From the NCBI GenBank assembly GCA_040390725.1, contig JAZJXT010000002.1, positions 28,450-92,449 of the forward strand: 64,000 nucleotides of DNA, given 5' to 3'. The DNA comes from Patescibacteria group bacterium. Lineage in GTDB: Bacteria > Patescibacteriota > Minisyncoccia > Phycocordibacterales > UBA9973. A program made the translations under genes and the position numbers. Of this stretch, positions 26,979-37,054 are shown piece after piece. The notes under the pieces were generated by a model. The model worked only from the letters and a program-made list of their open reading frames with translations, was not told where the DNA came from and made no database searches. Every line of letters starts with the position of its first letter. Position 1 is the stretch's first letter.

Positions 26979-28727
26979 ATGCAACAAAGTGAGTTATTGA
27001 TGAAATTATTAGAAAAAAGAGGCATAACTATCCCTGCCGAAATTGAGAAATTTTTAAACTCCAGCTACGAGAGCGATATGCACGACCCTTTTTTAATGCG
27101 CGATATGGAAAAAGCTTGCGTGCGGATTTTTGAGGCGATGGAAGCCAAAGAAAAAATACTGGTTTATGCGGATTATGATTGCGATGGCATTCCGGGCGCG
27201 GTTATTTTAAATGATTTTTTTAATAAATTAAATTATCAAAACTTTGAGGTGTATATTCCGCAGAGGAATTCCGAGGGATATGGTTTGAATTTGGAAGCGG
27301 TAAAAAAAATGGATGAGGATAGGGTGAAACTTTTGATTACTATTGATTTAGGTATCACAGCCGTGGCGGAAATAGCTCAAGCGGAAGTGTATGGCATAGA
27401 CGTGATAATTACTGACCACCATATTCCTCATGAAGTATTGCCGAGGGCTTATGCTATTTTGAATCCAAAAGTTGATAACTATCCGGAGAAAATGTTGTGC
27501 GGGTCTGGGGTTGTTTTTAAATTAGTGCAAGGGTTTTTGAAAAAGTATGGCGATTACTATCGCGGGGGCGGAGTTTATAATTTTTTGCCTGCGGAACTCG
27601 CCTCCGCTTCGCTACAGCTCAAACAGTCCTCGTCTGCAAAATTACAAACTCCGCCCCCGCGAGACTGGGAGAAATGGCTTCTCGATATGGCAGGGCTCGC
27701 TACACTTTCTGATATGGTGCCGTTATTGGGTGAGAACAGGGCGATTGCGAGTTTTGGAATAAAAGTTTTTAGGAAATCTCCGCGTCCGGGTTTGCAAAAA
27801 CTTTTAGCGAAAATGAATATAGAGCAGAAATATATTTCGGAAGACGATATAGGTTTTATGGTAACGCCACGACTCAATGCAGCATCAAGAATGGATGATC
27901 CGCGTCGAGCTTTTGAATTACTGGCTACGCAAGATGAAACGGAAGCCGGAGTATTGGCAAACCATTTGACGAAAATAAATGATGACAGGAAAAAAATCGT
28001 TGCGGGGATAATGAAAGATGTAAATAAAAAATTCGACAAAAGAGAAATAAAAAATGTGATAGTGATAGGGCATCCGGAGTGGCGGGTCGGGGTTCTCGGT
28101 TTGGTTGCGGGGAAAATTTGTGATGAACATAAAAAGCCGGTTTTCGTGTGGGGGAAAGATGAAAATGATTGCATTAAAGGCTCGTGTCGTTCTGACGGTT
28201 CTGTATCTGTGGTGGAACTTATGACGGAAACAAAAGAATATTTCTTGGATTTCGGCGGACACGAAGGCGCAGGAGGTTTTACTGTGCACAGTGAAAAAAT
28301 ACATTTCTTGGAAGAAAATTTATCTCAATCTTTTCAAAAAATTATAGAGAAAACTATAGTTAAAGAAAAAGTATCGCTTCCAGGCTTTGATGTTAAATTA
28401 AATTTAGGTGATGTAAATATGAAAAATTGGAAAGAGATAGAAAAAATGGCGCCATTTGGTTGTGAAAATCCAAAACCAGTTTTTCTTTTTGAAAATGTAA
28501 AAATAGAAAAATTAAAAAAATTTGGAAAAAACAATTCACAAGAACATTTGGAGATTATTTTTTCTGATGCTACAGGTAAAGCTAAAGCGATTGCATTTTT
28601 CTCCGGCTTGGAATCTTTCAAAAAATCATTAGCCGAAAATTTAAATGTAAACTTATTGGCAACTTTTGATTTATCCCGTTTCCTAAGGAGAGAAGAGCTA
28701 AGATTAAGAATTGTTGATATTTTTTAA
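26979..28727 (+). CDS. recJ: single-stranded-DNA-specific exonuclease RecJ
   Basis: DHH motifs (YADYDCDGI, ITDHH) and DHHA1 region (GGHEGAGG). Contains a 102-bp in-frame palindromic insert at 27561-27662. Confidence 0.9.
   Translation: MQQSELLMKLLEKRGITIPAEIEKFLNSSYESDMHDPFLMRDMEKACVRIFEAMEAKEKILVYADYDCDGIPGAVILNDFFNKLNYQNFEVYIPQRNSEGYGLNLEAVKKMDEDRVKLLITIDLGITAVAEIAQAEVYGIDVIITDHHIPHEVLPRAYAILNPKVDNYPEKMLCGSGVVFKLVQGFLKKYGDYYRGGGVYNFLPAELASASLQLKQSSSAKLQTPPPRDWEKWLLDMAGLATLSDMVPLLGENRAIASFGIKVFRKSPRPGLQKLLAKMNIEQKYISEDDIGFMVTPRLNAASRMDDPRRAFELLATQDETEAGVLANHLTKINDDRKKIVAGIMKDVNKKFDKREIKNVIVIGHPEWRVGVLGLVAGKICDEHKKPVFVWGKDENDCIKGSCRSDGSVSVVELMTETKEYFLDFGGHEGAGGFTVHSEKIHFLEENLSQSFQKIIEKTIVKEKVSLPGFDVKLNLGDVNMKNWKEIEKMAPFGCENPKPVFLFENVKIEKLKKFGKNNSQEHLEIIFSDATGKAKAIAFFSGLESFKKSLAENLNVNLLATFDLSRFLRREELRLRIVDIF
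27561..27662 (+). repeat. 102-bp element with 20-bp terminal inverted repeats inserted in-frame in recJ
   Basis: cgcgggggcggagtttataa (27561-27580) vs ttacaaactccgcccccgcg (27643-27662): 19/20 complementary. 102 bp = 34 codons, encoding RGGGVYNFLPAELASASLQLKQSSSAKLQTPPPR. Confidence 0.55.
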
Positions 28728-28779
28728 CGAGTTTTTTTGCTTATTTTTAGGAGGTTTGATATAGTTTACTTGTAAATAT

Positions 28780-29502
28780 ATGCTTGAATTTATACCAAAT
28801 GAGTTTCCAAAAAAGAATAGAAATCTTCCACCTGAAAGTGAGATCCTTTGGAGTGGTGGAGGAAGTCCATTAGTAGATGAGAATAAAGAAGATTTTGAAC
28901 TAATGTTAGTTAATAAGACTATTGAGTTAATTGAACAAAATCCAAATTTAGCGTTTATTCTTTCCGGAAATGGTAATGTTATAGATAAAAACGACAAAAG
29001 AAGAAATGGCGGTAAGGATTATTTTTTCGACAAAAAACAACAAAAAATGGCTCCTTATCCAAAGGATAGTTTGTATCAAGGATTAGATTTTAATATTCTT
29101 GATATTCCTGGTAATAAAAATGGAGAATTAAAAACCTTTGGGATGTATTGGAATTTTTTAAAAGCATATAAAAAAAATTTTTCACATGAAAAACAACAAT
29201 TACCTTTTAATATTATTAGTTTAAGATTGCCATTTAAAGCATTAACAGATAATCCTTATTGCATAGAAAATAGACCAAGCACTCATTTATCATTTGGATT
29301 AATGTATCCTAATAATAAACCTGAAATCTTTGATTCTTTTGGAGAAGAAAAAATAAAAGAATATTTAAAAAATCCAGATACAGATGAAGCAAAAAAATTT
29401 CTTTTAAAATTATTTGATACCTGTGCTAAAAAATGGATTCCAGAATATTGGAATTTTTATATTGGGCAACTGAATTTATATAAAAAGAATATACAAAAAT
29501 AA
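28780..29502 (+). CDS. hypothetical protein (240 aa), very AT-rich
   Basis: ORF only; Lys/Asn-rich; no recognisable domain. Confidence 0.4.
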   Translation: MLEFIPNEFPKKNRNLPPESEILWSGGGSPLVDENKEDFELMLVNKTIELIEQNPNLAFILSGNGNVIDKNDKRRNGGKDYFFDKKQQKMAPYPKDSLYQGLDFNILDIPGNKNGELKTFGMYWNFLKAYKKNFSHEKQQLPFNIISLRLPFKALTDNPYCIENRPSTHLSFGLMYPNNKPEIFDSFGEEKIKEYLKNPDTDEAKKFLLKLFDTCAKKWIPEYWNFYIGQLNLYKKNIQK

Positions 29503-29505
29503 TTT

Positions 29506-29973
29506 ATGCAAAATGAAAAGATAATTATTTATACAGATGGCGCAGCGAGGGGGAATCCGGGTCCGGCTGGATGGGGGGTTGTTATTATTTCTGGTGATAA
29601 ACTTTTTGAAGTTGGTGGAAGAGCTGATAATGCCACTAATAATCAAATGGAACTTTCTGCGCCTATTGGTGCTTTGAAATATTTGAAAAATAAAAATTTT
29701 ACAGGCGAAGTGGAGATTTTTTGTGATTCGAAATATGTGATATTGGGCATTACAGAATGGATTTTTAATTGGCAGAAAAATAATTGGCGAAATTCTGCGA
29801 AAAAGCCGGTTCTAAATAAAGAGCTTTGGCAGGAACTTTATGATCTCGTAAAAGACTTTAAAATAAAATGGACTTATGTGGAAGGGCACGCGGGCATAAA
29901 ATACAATGAACGGGCGGATGTGATAGCTACGAGTTTTGCTGACGGGGAACCGGTAGAGCTTGCCGGCAATTAA
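29506..29973 (+). CDS. rnhA: ribonuclease HI
   Basis: IIIYTDGAARGNPGPAGWGVVI ... CDSKYV ... ERADVIA. Confidence 0.9.
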   Translation: MQNEKIIIYTDGAARGNPGPAGWGVVIISGDKLFEVGGRADNATNNQMELSAPIGALKYLKNKNFTGEVEIFCDSKYVILGITEWIFNWQKNNWRNSAKKPVLNKELWQELYDLVKDFKIKWTYVEGHAGIKYNERADVIATSFADGEPVELAGN

Positions 29974-32139
29974 ATGCGAGATAAAATATTTTATTTTACT
30001 TGTTTTGGTTTCGCCCTAGGAGTGCTTTTGCGCTCTTTTGTTTTTGTGAATTTTTATACGGCTATTTTTGCCGGAGTGATTGCTGTTTTTCTTTTATTAT
30101 TTTTCACTTTGATTTCTAAAAATAATCAGGGCATAGTCGCCAGTATTTTTATCATAACTTTTTCACTGGGAATTATACGTTTTCATATTGCCGACGAGCC
30201 TGCACCGTATATTTATGAGTCTCAAGTCGGCAGTAGTGTAGAATTCTCCGGTGAAATAATCGACGAGCCGAGCATTAAAGAAAAAAATATCAGTTTAACT
30301 GTACTTTTGGCTCCTCAAGGTTCTGCCTCGGGCTTACTAGAGGCAAAACCTTTTCCCGCCAAAACAGAAATTTTAATCACTACTGATTTTGCAGGGGATT
30401 ATAAATATGGTGATGAAATAAATTTCAAGGGTAAGCTAGAAAAACCGGAGAACTTTATGACGGATCAAGGGAAGGAATTTGATTATGTAAATTATCTGCG
30501 TAAAGATGGGATTTTTTATGTGATGAAATATCCAAAAATTGAAGTTATTTCACGCGGGCATGGGAACTTTTTAAAAAATATTTTATTTTCTGCGAAAGAA
30601 AAGTTTTTAGAAAAAATGAATATGGCAATATCTGAGCCGGAGTCATTGTTAATGGGCGGGCTTATCTTGGGAGAGAAATCTTCATTTAGTCAGGCATTGC
30701 GACAATCTTTCGTAAATACCGGCACGATACATATAGTAGCTCTTTCTGGATATAACGTGACCATTGTCGCTGAATGGATTATGAAACTCTTCTCATTCTT
30801 GCCGAAAAATTTAGGCATAGGAATGGGTATTTTGTCTGTGATTCTTTTTATAATAATGTCAGGCGGGAGTTCTACGGCTATTCGCGCCGGAGTGATGGCA
30901 GTTTTGGCACTCTTCGCTCGTGCGACAGGGAGGAATTATGATGTAGGGCGAGCATTAGTACTCGCCGGGATAATAATGATTTTATTTAATCCTTTTGTTT
31001 TGGCTTTTGATGTGTCTTTTCAACTTTCTTTTATCGCTACCATTGCTGTGATTTTCTTGTCGCCGAGAATTGAAAAATATTTTCTTTGGGTGCCCAAGCG
31101 TTTTGAGTTGCGGGATATTATTTCTGTCACCTGCGCGGCGTATATTTTTGTTCTTCCTTTTATTTTATACAAAATGGGTAATTTGTCGCTCGTAGCGTTG
31201 CCGGCGAATATTATGATTTTGCCTTTTATTCCTATTACGATGATATTTGGTTTTCTCACAGGTTTTGCCGGAATTATTTGGCATTTCTTGGCTTTGCCTT
31301 TCGGCTATGTTTCGTATTTTTTATTGCATTACGAACTCAGCACTATTAGTTTCTTTTCAAATTTACCTTTTGCGTCATTTTCTATCCCTAATTTTCCATT
31401 AATTTTAACTTTAGTAATTTATGCATTTATGCTCTGGAAAATTTTTAGGTATCCTTTGCCGGAAAAAAAAGAAGAAATTAAAAAAGAGAAAAAATTCAGA
31501 ATAAACGATATTTTAAAATCTAAATTTAAGTTTTTAATTTTGTTATTTATTTGTTCGGTAATTATTTTAAGTAGTTTTTATTTTTATTATTCAAACAGAG
31601 AACAAAATAATATTGCTGAGCAAAAACTGCAAGCACTTTTATTAAAAACTCCGACGCATCTTCTTGTTCTTGAATCAAGGGATAAAGACAACGATTGTCG
31701 GGTTAGGGGGCCTTTGCCTGATCCTGATTGCAGTCCGGGGGCAGTATTTACCGATAAAACATTGGAACAAATATGCGTGCGTGGGTATACAAAAACTGTC
31801 CGTAATGTTTCTACGAATTTAAAAAAGAAAATTTATGCCGAATATAGTATAGCGTATCCGGCACCAAAAGGTTCTTACGAAGTAGACCACATTATTCCTC
31901 TTGAACTCGGAGGTAGTAATGACATATCAAATTTATTTCCAGAATCAGCCGAGCCTATGCCAGGCTTTCGTGAGAAAGATTTAGTAGAAAATTATTTGCA
32001 CCAAGAATCTTGCGCCGGCAACGTCGCCTTGTCTGTCGCGCAATATCAAATAGCCACTGACTGGCTAGCTGTTTATAATAGCTTGAGTCCTGATCAAATC
32101 ACCGCATTAAAAAATCAATATCACAATTGGTCGTATTAA
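29974..32139 (+). CDS. comEC: ComEC/Rec2 DNA-uptake channel protein with a C-terminal HNH-nuclease-like domain
   Basis: DUF4131/OB region, then the competence domain (LMGGLILGEKS...VNTGTIHIVALSGYNVTIV, multiple TMs). The C-terminal ~150 aa has YEVDHIIPLELGGSNDISNLFP (HNH-like) in place of the beta-lactamase-like domain. Confidence 0.8.
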   Translation: MRDKIFYFTCFGFALGVLLRSFVFVNFYTAIFAGVIAVFLLLFFTLISKNNQGIVASIFIITFSLGIIRFHIADEPAPYIYESQVGSSVEFSGEIIDEPSIKEKNISLTVLLAPQGSASGLLEAKPFPAKTEILITTDFAGDYKYGDEINFKGKLEKPENFMTDQGKEFDYVNYLRKDGIFYVMKYPKIEVISRGHGNFLKNILFSAKEKFLEKMNMAISEPESLLMGGLILGEKSSFSQALRQSFVNTGTIHIVALSGYNVTIVAEWIMKLFSFLPKNLGIGMGILSVILFIIMSGGSSTAIRAGVMAVLALFARATGRNYDVGRALVLAGIIMILFNPFVLAFDVSFQLSFIATIAVIFLSPRIEKYFLWVPKRFELRDIISVTCAAYIFVLPFILYKMGNLSLVALPANIMILPFIPITMIFGFLTGFAGIIWHFLALPFGYVSYFLLHYELSTISFFSNLPFASFSIPNFPLILTLVIYAFMLWKIFRYPLPEKKEEIKKEKKFRINDILKSKFKFLILLFICSVIILSSFYFYYSNREQNNIAEQKLQALLLKTPTHLLVLESRDKDNDCRVRGPLPDPDCSPGAVFTDKTLEQICVRGYTKTVRNVSTNLKKKIYAEYSIAYPAPKGSYEVDHIIPLELGGSNDISNLFPESAEPMPGFREKDLVENYLHQESCAGNVALSVAQYQIATDWLAVYNSLSPDQITALKNQYHNWSY

Positions 32140-32147
32140 ATAAAATT

Positions 32148-32744
32148 TTATTTTGCTGCTAAAAAGTTATTTTCAATAACTTCCCAGTTTAGATTTTCAA
32201 AAAATGCTTCGATGTATTTTTTCTTTTCGCTTGTTGCATAGTCGTAGACATAAGCATGTTCCCACATATCAATTCCTAAAACCCAAGACAGTCCGTTTAG
32301 TTGGCCCAAGTGTTGCTCGTCTATCCATGCTGGCACGAGTTGCTCTGTTTGTTTATCCCAGTAAATTACCGCCCAGCCTATTCCTCTGGTCATCGCAAGA
32401 GTTTTAAATCCACCGAGCCATGCTTCCATTGTGCCTGCTTGTTTTTCCATTTCTTTTTTGAGTTCCGAATTTTCTGGCAATGATTTTGCTCCACCTTCTA
32501 GCGAGGAGAAATAATATTCATGATTACGCATACCATTAAATTCAAATCCGACTCGGCGCATAAGTTCTCCGACAACATATGTATTTTTTTCTGGATCACT
32601 TGTCATAAGTTCACCGACTTTTTCATAAATTAAATTTATATTTTTTACATAGCCTGCGTAGAGCTTTAAATGCTCCTCGATATTTTTTTTAGAGATGCCT
32701 TTTAATTCCGCAATATTAAACTTTCGTTCGTCAAATTTTTCCAT
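32148..32744 (-). CDS. Fe/Mn superoxide dismutase
   Basis: HEYYFSSL, DMWEHAYVYDY and WIDEQH motifs. Confidence 0.9.
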   Translation of the reverse strand: MEKFDERKFNIAELKGISKKNIEEHLKLYAGYVKNINLIYEKVGELMTSDPEKNTYVVGELMRRVGFEFNGMRNHEYYFSSLEGGAKSLPENSELKKEMEKQAGTMEAWLGGFKTLAMTRGIGWAVIYWDKQTEQLVPAWIDEQHLGQLNGLSWVLGIDMWEHAYVYDYATSEKKKYIEAFFENLNWEVIENNFLAAK

Positions 32745-32820
32745 ATATTTTATATTTGCTTATTTTTTTACAGTTACTTATAATACACTAATTATACATT
32801 AATTATTTAAGAATTAAAAT

Positions 32821-34065
32821 ATGAAAGACAAAAAAATCGAGCAAGCTATAAAAGGCGAAGCCAAGAGGCAATCAGAAGGTTTGGAACTTATTCCATCGGA
32901 AAACTATGTTTCCGCTGATGTTTTGACTGCAAATGGGTCTATTTTTACCAATAAATACTCTGAAGGGTACCCAGGCAGGCGCTATTATGGAGGGCAAGAT
33001 TTTACTGATACTGTGGAACGTCTCGCTATCGAGCGTGTTTGTAAACTTTTTAAATGTAAATTTGCTAATGTTCAGCCTCACTCCGGTGCACCGGCGAACC
33101 TCGCTGTATATGCGGCGCTTCTCGAGCCGGGGGATACAGTTCTCGGAATGGATCTTTCGCACGGAGGGCATTTGACGCATGGGCACCCTATGACTTTGCC
33201 AGCAAAGATTTATAAATTCGTCACTTATAAAATGAAGAATCCTGACACGGGTGAGATTGATTATGAAGATATGCTAAGAGTAGCAAAAGAAACTAAACCA
33301 AAATTAATCATTGCCGGATTTTCTGCATACTCTCGTACTCTTGATTATAAAAAATTCGTGGATATCGGGCGTGAAGTCGGAGCTATAACTATGGCAGACA
33401 TGGCGCACATCGCGGGGCTCATAGCGGCGGGAGCACTTAGGAATCCTTTTGATGATGGTTTTGATATTATTACTTCGACAACGCACAAGACCTTGCGTGG
33501 ACCTCGCGGAGGAATTATTTTGACTCGTGAGAGTGAAGAGATTGCTAAAAAAATAGATAAAGCTATTTTCCCCGGCATCCAAGGCGGTCCGCATATGCAT
33601 ACTATCGCTGCGAAGGCTGTGGCTTTCGGAGAAGCTCTTACTCCTGCATTTAAAAAATATGCAAAACAAATTTTGAAAAATGCGAAAGCGATGGAGAAAG
33701 TGATGAAGAAAAATAATGTGCGAATGATCGGTGGAGGTACTGATAACCATTTGATACTTGCTGATGTTTTTGGATCCCTCGGCGTCACAGGAAAAGAAGC
33801 GCAGACTGTTCTCGATGAAGTCGGTATCACACTTAATATGAACTCTATCGCAGGAGATACTAGAAAACCGCTCGATCCTTCTGGTATTCGTTTTGGTACG
33901 CCGGCTATCACTACTCGAGGATTTAAAGAAAAAGAATGTACGCTAGTAGCAGAGCTTCTGCTTGAAACTTTGAGAAACAAAGACAATAAAAAGAAAAAAG
34001 AAGAAATCTCCAAAAAAATAAAACAACTCGCAAAGAAATTCCCAATACCTAAAAAGTTTGTATAA
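32821..34065 (+). CDS. glyA: serine hydroxymethyltransferase
   Basis: LELIPSENYVS, TTTHKTLRGPRGG (PLP lysine region). Confidence 0.95.
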   Translation: MKDKKIEQAIKGEAKRQSEGLELIPSENYVSADVLTANGSIFTNKYSEGYPGRRYYGGQDFTDTVERLAIERVCKLFKCKFANVQPHSGAPANLAVYAALLEPGDTVLGMDLSHGGHLTHGHPMTLPAKIYKFVTYKMKNPDTGEIDYEDMLRVAKETKPKLIIAGFSAYSRTLDYKKFVDIGREVGAITMADMAHIAGLIAAGALRNPFDDGFDIITSTTHKTLRGPRGGIILTRESEEIAKKIDKAIFPGIQGGPHMHTIAAKAVAFGEALTPAFKKYAKQILKNAKAMEKVMKKNNVRMIGGGTDNHLILADVFGSLGVTGKEAQTVLDEVGITLNMNSIAGDTRKPLDPSGIRFGTPAITTRGFKEKECTLVAELLLETLRNKDNKKKKEEISKKIKQLAKKFPIPKKFV

Positions 34066-34129
34066 TTTAACACAATTTCTCTGTTTTATAAAATTAGTTT
34101 TTTAGCATTTTTTTTGCTATATTTTCTAT

Positions 34130-34834
34130 ATGGTAAAAAAGGGCAAACTCATAGTAATAGATGGTACGGATGGTAGTGGAAAGGCTACACAGACTGATTT
34201 ATTGATTAAACAGCTAAAAAAAGAGGGAAAAAAGGTGAAAGTTGTGGATTTCCCGGAATATTATGATAATTTTTTTGGTGATTTTATCGGACACTGTCTC
34301 TCCGAGCAGTATTTTAATTTTGTGAAAGTGCATCCCAAGATAGCTTCGGTGCTTTACGCTGCGGATCGTTTTGAGTCAAAAGAAAAAGTGGAGAGTTGGC
34401 TGAAAGAAGGCAATATAGTTATTGCAAACAGATACGCGAGCGCAAACCAAATACATCAAGGCGGGAAAATTTCAAATACAAAAAAGCGTGAAGCATTTAT
34501 CAAATGGCTGGATGAGATGGAATATAAAGTTTTTAAAATTCCTCGTCCCGATGCGGTATTTTATTTGAGTGTGCCTATATCTATAGTTTTGAAATTAATA
34601 AAAGAAAGAAATAATGGAAAAAGGCGAAAATATTTAGGCAAGAAAAAAACAAACAAAACTGATGTGCACGAAAAAGATGTGCACTTTTTGGAGAATTCTA
34701 GAAAGAGCGCATTATGGCTCGCCAAGACGCAAAAAAATTGGATAAAAATCGAGTGTGTGAAAAATGGAGATTTACTGTCTAGAGAAATTATCCATCAAGA
34801 AATTTACGAAAAAATTAAAAAAGTTTTGAAATAA
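34130..34834 (+). CDS. tmk: thymidylate (dTMP) kinase
   Basis: P-loop IVIDGTDGSGKATQ, DRY-like ADRF, extended LID region. Confidence 0.75.
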   Translation: MVKKGKLIVIDGTDGSGKATQTDLLIKQLKKEGKKVKVVDFPEYYDNFFGDFIGHCLSEQYFNFVKVHPKIASVLYAADRFESKEKVESWLKEGNIVIANRYASANQIHQGGKISNTKKREAFIKWLDEMEYKVFKIPRPDAVFYLSVPISIVLKLIKERNNGKRRKYLGKKKTNKTDVHEKDVHFLENSRKSALWLAKTQKNWIKIECVKNGDLLSREIIHQEIYEKIKKVLK

Positions 34835-34838
34835 ATTT

Positions 34839-35261
34839 ATGAAAATAAAAGTTAAAAAATTAAAAGATGGGGCGAAGTTACCGACTTATCATCATCCGGG
34901 TGATGTCGGTATGGATATGTATGCCATGGAGGAAATTATTGTTGGCCCTGGTGAGCACGCGCGTATATGGCACGGTTTTGCTTTGGAATTCCCGATAGGA
35001 TATGGCGCATTGGTCATGGATAAGGGCAGTATTTCAAAGGCAGGATTGCATACTATGGGGGGAGTTTTTGATGCCGGGTATAGGGGTGAATACAATACGC
35101 ATTTGGTAAATTTATCTGACAAGCCTTATACTATAGAAGTGGGGGATAAAGTTTCGCAACTTGTGATCACACCTATTGTTGTTGCTGACTTAGAAGAAGT
35201 TGATTCACTTAGCGAGTCGGCTCGCGGTGAGGGAAGGTTTGGGAGTACGGGTAAAAAATAA
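34839..35261 (+). CDS. dut: dUTP diphosphatase
   Basis: Five dUTPase motifs including C-terminal RGEGRFGSTG. Confidence 0.9.
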   Translation: MKIKVKKLKDGAKLPTYHHPGDVGMDMYAMEEIIVGPGEHARIWHGFALEFPIGYGALVMDKGSISKAGLHTMGGVFDAGYRGEYNTHLVNLSDKPYTIEVGDKVSQLVITPIVVADLEEVDSLSESARGEGRFGSTGKK

Positions 35262-35262
35262 A

Positions 35263-37050
35263 ATGAGTATAAAAAATAAGCTAGAAAATTTAATAAAAGA
35301 TGCGTTAAAAAAGTTAGAAATGAATTCGCCAGACGGCGAAGTTAATTTTGTCGTAGAACATCCGGAAGATTTTAAGAATGGGGATTACTCTACGAATGTG
35401 GCATTGGTTTATGCTAAGAAATTAAAAATGAAACCTGTTGATTTGGCGGAGAAAATTTTAGCAGAACTTTATGAAGATACAGATGAAAAGGGCATTAAGG
35501 GTGTGGAAAATATAGAGATAGCCGGCGCGGGGTTTATAAATTTTTATTTAACACGTGAATTTTTCAGTGATTCTATAAAAGATATTTTACACAAGAATGA
35601 AGACTGGGGCAGGAATAATTTATTGGAAGGAAAAAAAGTAATGGTGGAATACACTCAGCCGAATCCTTTCAAGCCTTTTCACATAGGGCATTTGATGAGC
35701 AATGCCATCGGAGAGTCAGTTTCGAGAATTGTAGAATTCTCCGGCGCGAAAACTATCCGTGCGAATTATCAGGGTGATGTTGGTCCGCATATTGCGAAAG
35801 CGATTTATGGGATTATGAAAGACCCTGAGTACTTAGAGGCAAGACCTCTCAGTAGAGGTCTTGCCTCTAAGTCGGCATCTTGGATTGGGGAGTGTTATTC
35901 AAAAGGCAGTGATTTGTATGACAATGATCCGGAAGCAAAAAAAGAAATTGATGTAATAAATAAAAAAGTTTACGACAAGAGCGATGAAGAAATAAATAAA
36001 GTTTATGATTGGGGGAGGAAAGTCACCCTCGAAGCATTTGAAGAACTTTATAAAATTCTCGGCACGAAATTCGACTATTATTTTTTTGAAAGCGAGATGG
36101 CACCGATAGGTGAAAAAATTGTCCGCGCAAATGTGCCGAATGTTTTTGAAGAATCCGACCCCACACCAGAGCAAGCTCAGTACGGGGCAAGAGGCGCTAT
36201 TATTTTTCGTGCTGAGAAGTATAACCCTAAATTGCATACGCGAGTGTTCTTAACTTCACAAGGCATACCGCTTTATGAGACGAAGGAAATAGGTTTGACG
36301 ATGACGAAATTTGAAAAAGAAAATCCTGATATTTCTATTGTTGATACAGCTATTGAGCAAGGCGAATATATGAAAGTTGTTCAGCAGGCTATCGCACTCA
36401 TGCATCCGGAATTGGAAAAGAAAATGTTGCATATCACGCACGGTATGATGCGCCTCGCATCGGGCAAAATGTCTTCCCGAAAAGGTAACGTAGTCACAGG
36501 TGAGTCATTGTTGCGAGATTCTATGGATGTCGTATTGGAAAAAATCCAAGATAGAGATTTTACCGAAGAAGAAAAGAAAAAAGTCTCAGAAGTCGTCGGC
36601 GTGTCGGCGCTCAAATATTCTATTTTGCGTTCTTCTGTCGGCTCGGATATTGTTTATGATTTTGATAAATCAATTTCGTTTGAAGGGGATTCCGGCCCAT
36701 ATTTACAATATTCCGCTATCCGCGCGAAATCAATCCTCGCAAAAGCCAAAAGTGAAAATTTGGAGGCTAAACCTCCAAAAGAAGTTCCAGAACAAATTTC
36801 AGATTTAGAAAAAATTCTTTATCGTTTCCCCGAAGTTGTCGCGCGCTCATATGAAGACCTCGAACCGCACAATATCGCCACATATTTGACCGAGCTTTCA
36901 TCATCCTTCAATTCTTTTTACGCCAATACACAAATCTTAAACAATGAAGATAAATTTTCTTCATATTATTTAGCACTCACCAAAGCATTTTTCATCACAA
37001 TGCAAAACGGCCTTTGGCTTTTGGGAATTAAATTGCCGGAGAGGATGTAA
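35263..37050 (+). CDS. argS: arginyl-tRNA synthetase
   Basis: Start at the ATG at 35263 (MSIKNKLENL), 1 nt after the dut stop. PNPFKPFHIGHLMSNAIG (HIGH), DALR-type C-terminus. Confidence 0.9.
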   Translation: MSIKNKLENLIKDALKKLEMNSPDGEVNFVVEHPEDFKNGDYSTNVALVYAKKLKMKPVDLAEKILAELYEDTDEKGIKGVENIEIAGAGFINFYLTREFFSDSIKDILHKNEDWGRNNLLEGKKVMVEYTQPNPFKPFHIGHLMSNAIGESVSRIVEFSGAKTIRANYQGDVGPHIAKAIYGIMKDPEYLEARPLSRGLASKSASWIGECYSKGSDLYDNDPEAKKEIDVINKKVYDKSDEEINKVYDWGRKVTLEAFEELYKILGTKFDYYFFESEMAPIGEKIVRANVPNVFEESDPTPEQAQYGARGAIIFRAEKYNPKLHTRVFLTSQGIPLYETKEIGLTMTKFEKENPDISIVDTAIEQGEYMKVVQQAIALMHPELEKKMLHITHGMMRLASGKMSSRKGNVVTGESLLRDSMDVVLEKIQDRDFTEEEKKKVSEVVGVSALKYSILRSSVGSDIVYDFDKSISFEGDSGPYLQYSAIRAKSILAKAKSENLEAKPPKEVPEQISDLEKILYRFPEVVARSYEDLEPHNIATYLTELSSSFNSFYANTQILNNEDKFSSYYLALTKAFFITMQNGLWLLGIKLPERM

Positions 37051-37054
37051 ATAT

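Noticed and set aside
27575-28304. 199-aa and 128-aa minus-strand ORFs inside recJ
   Set aside because: Antisense to recJ; no domain signal.
33345-34073. 242-aa minus-strand ORF covering most of glyA (and 33304-33750)
   Set aside because: glyA on the plus strand is unambiguous (SHMT motifs); the antisense ORF is a by-product of codon bias.
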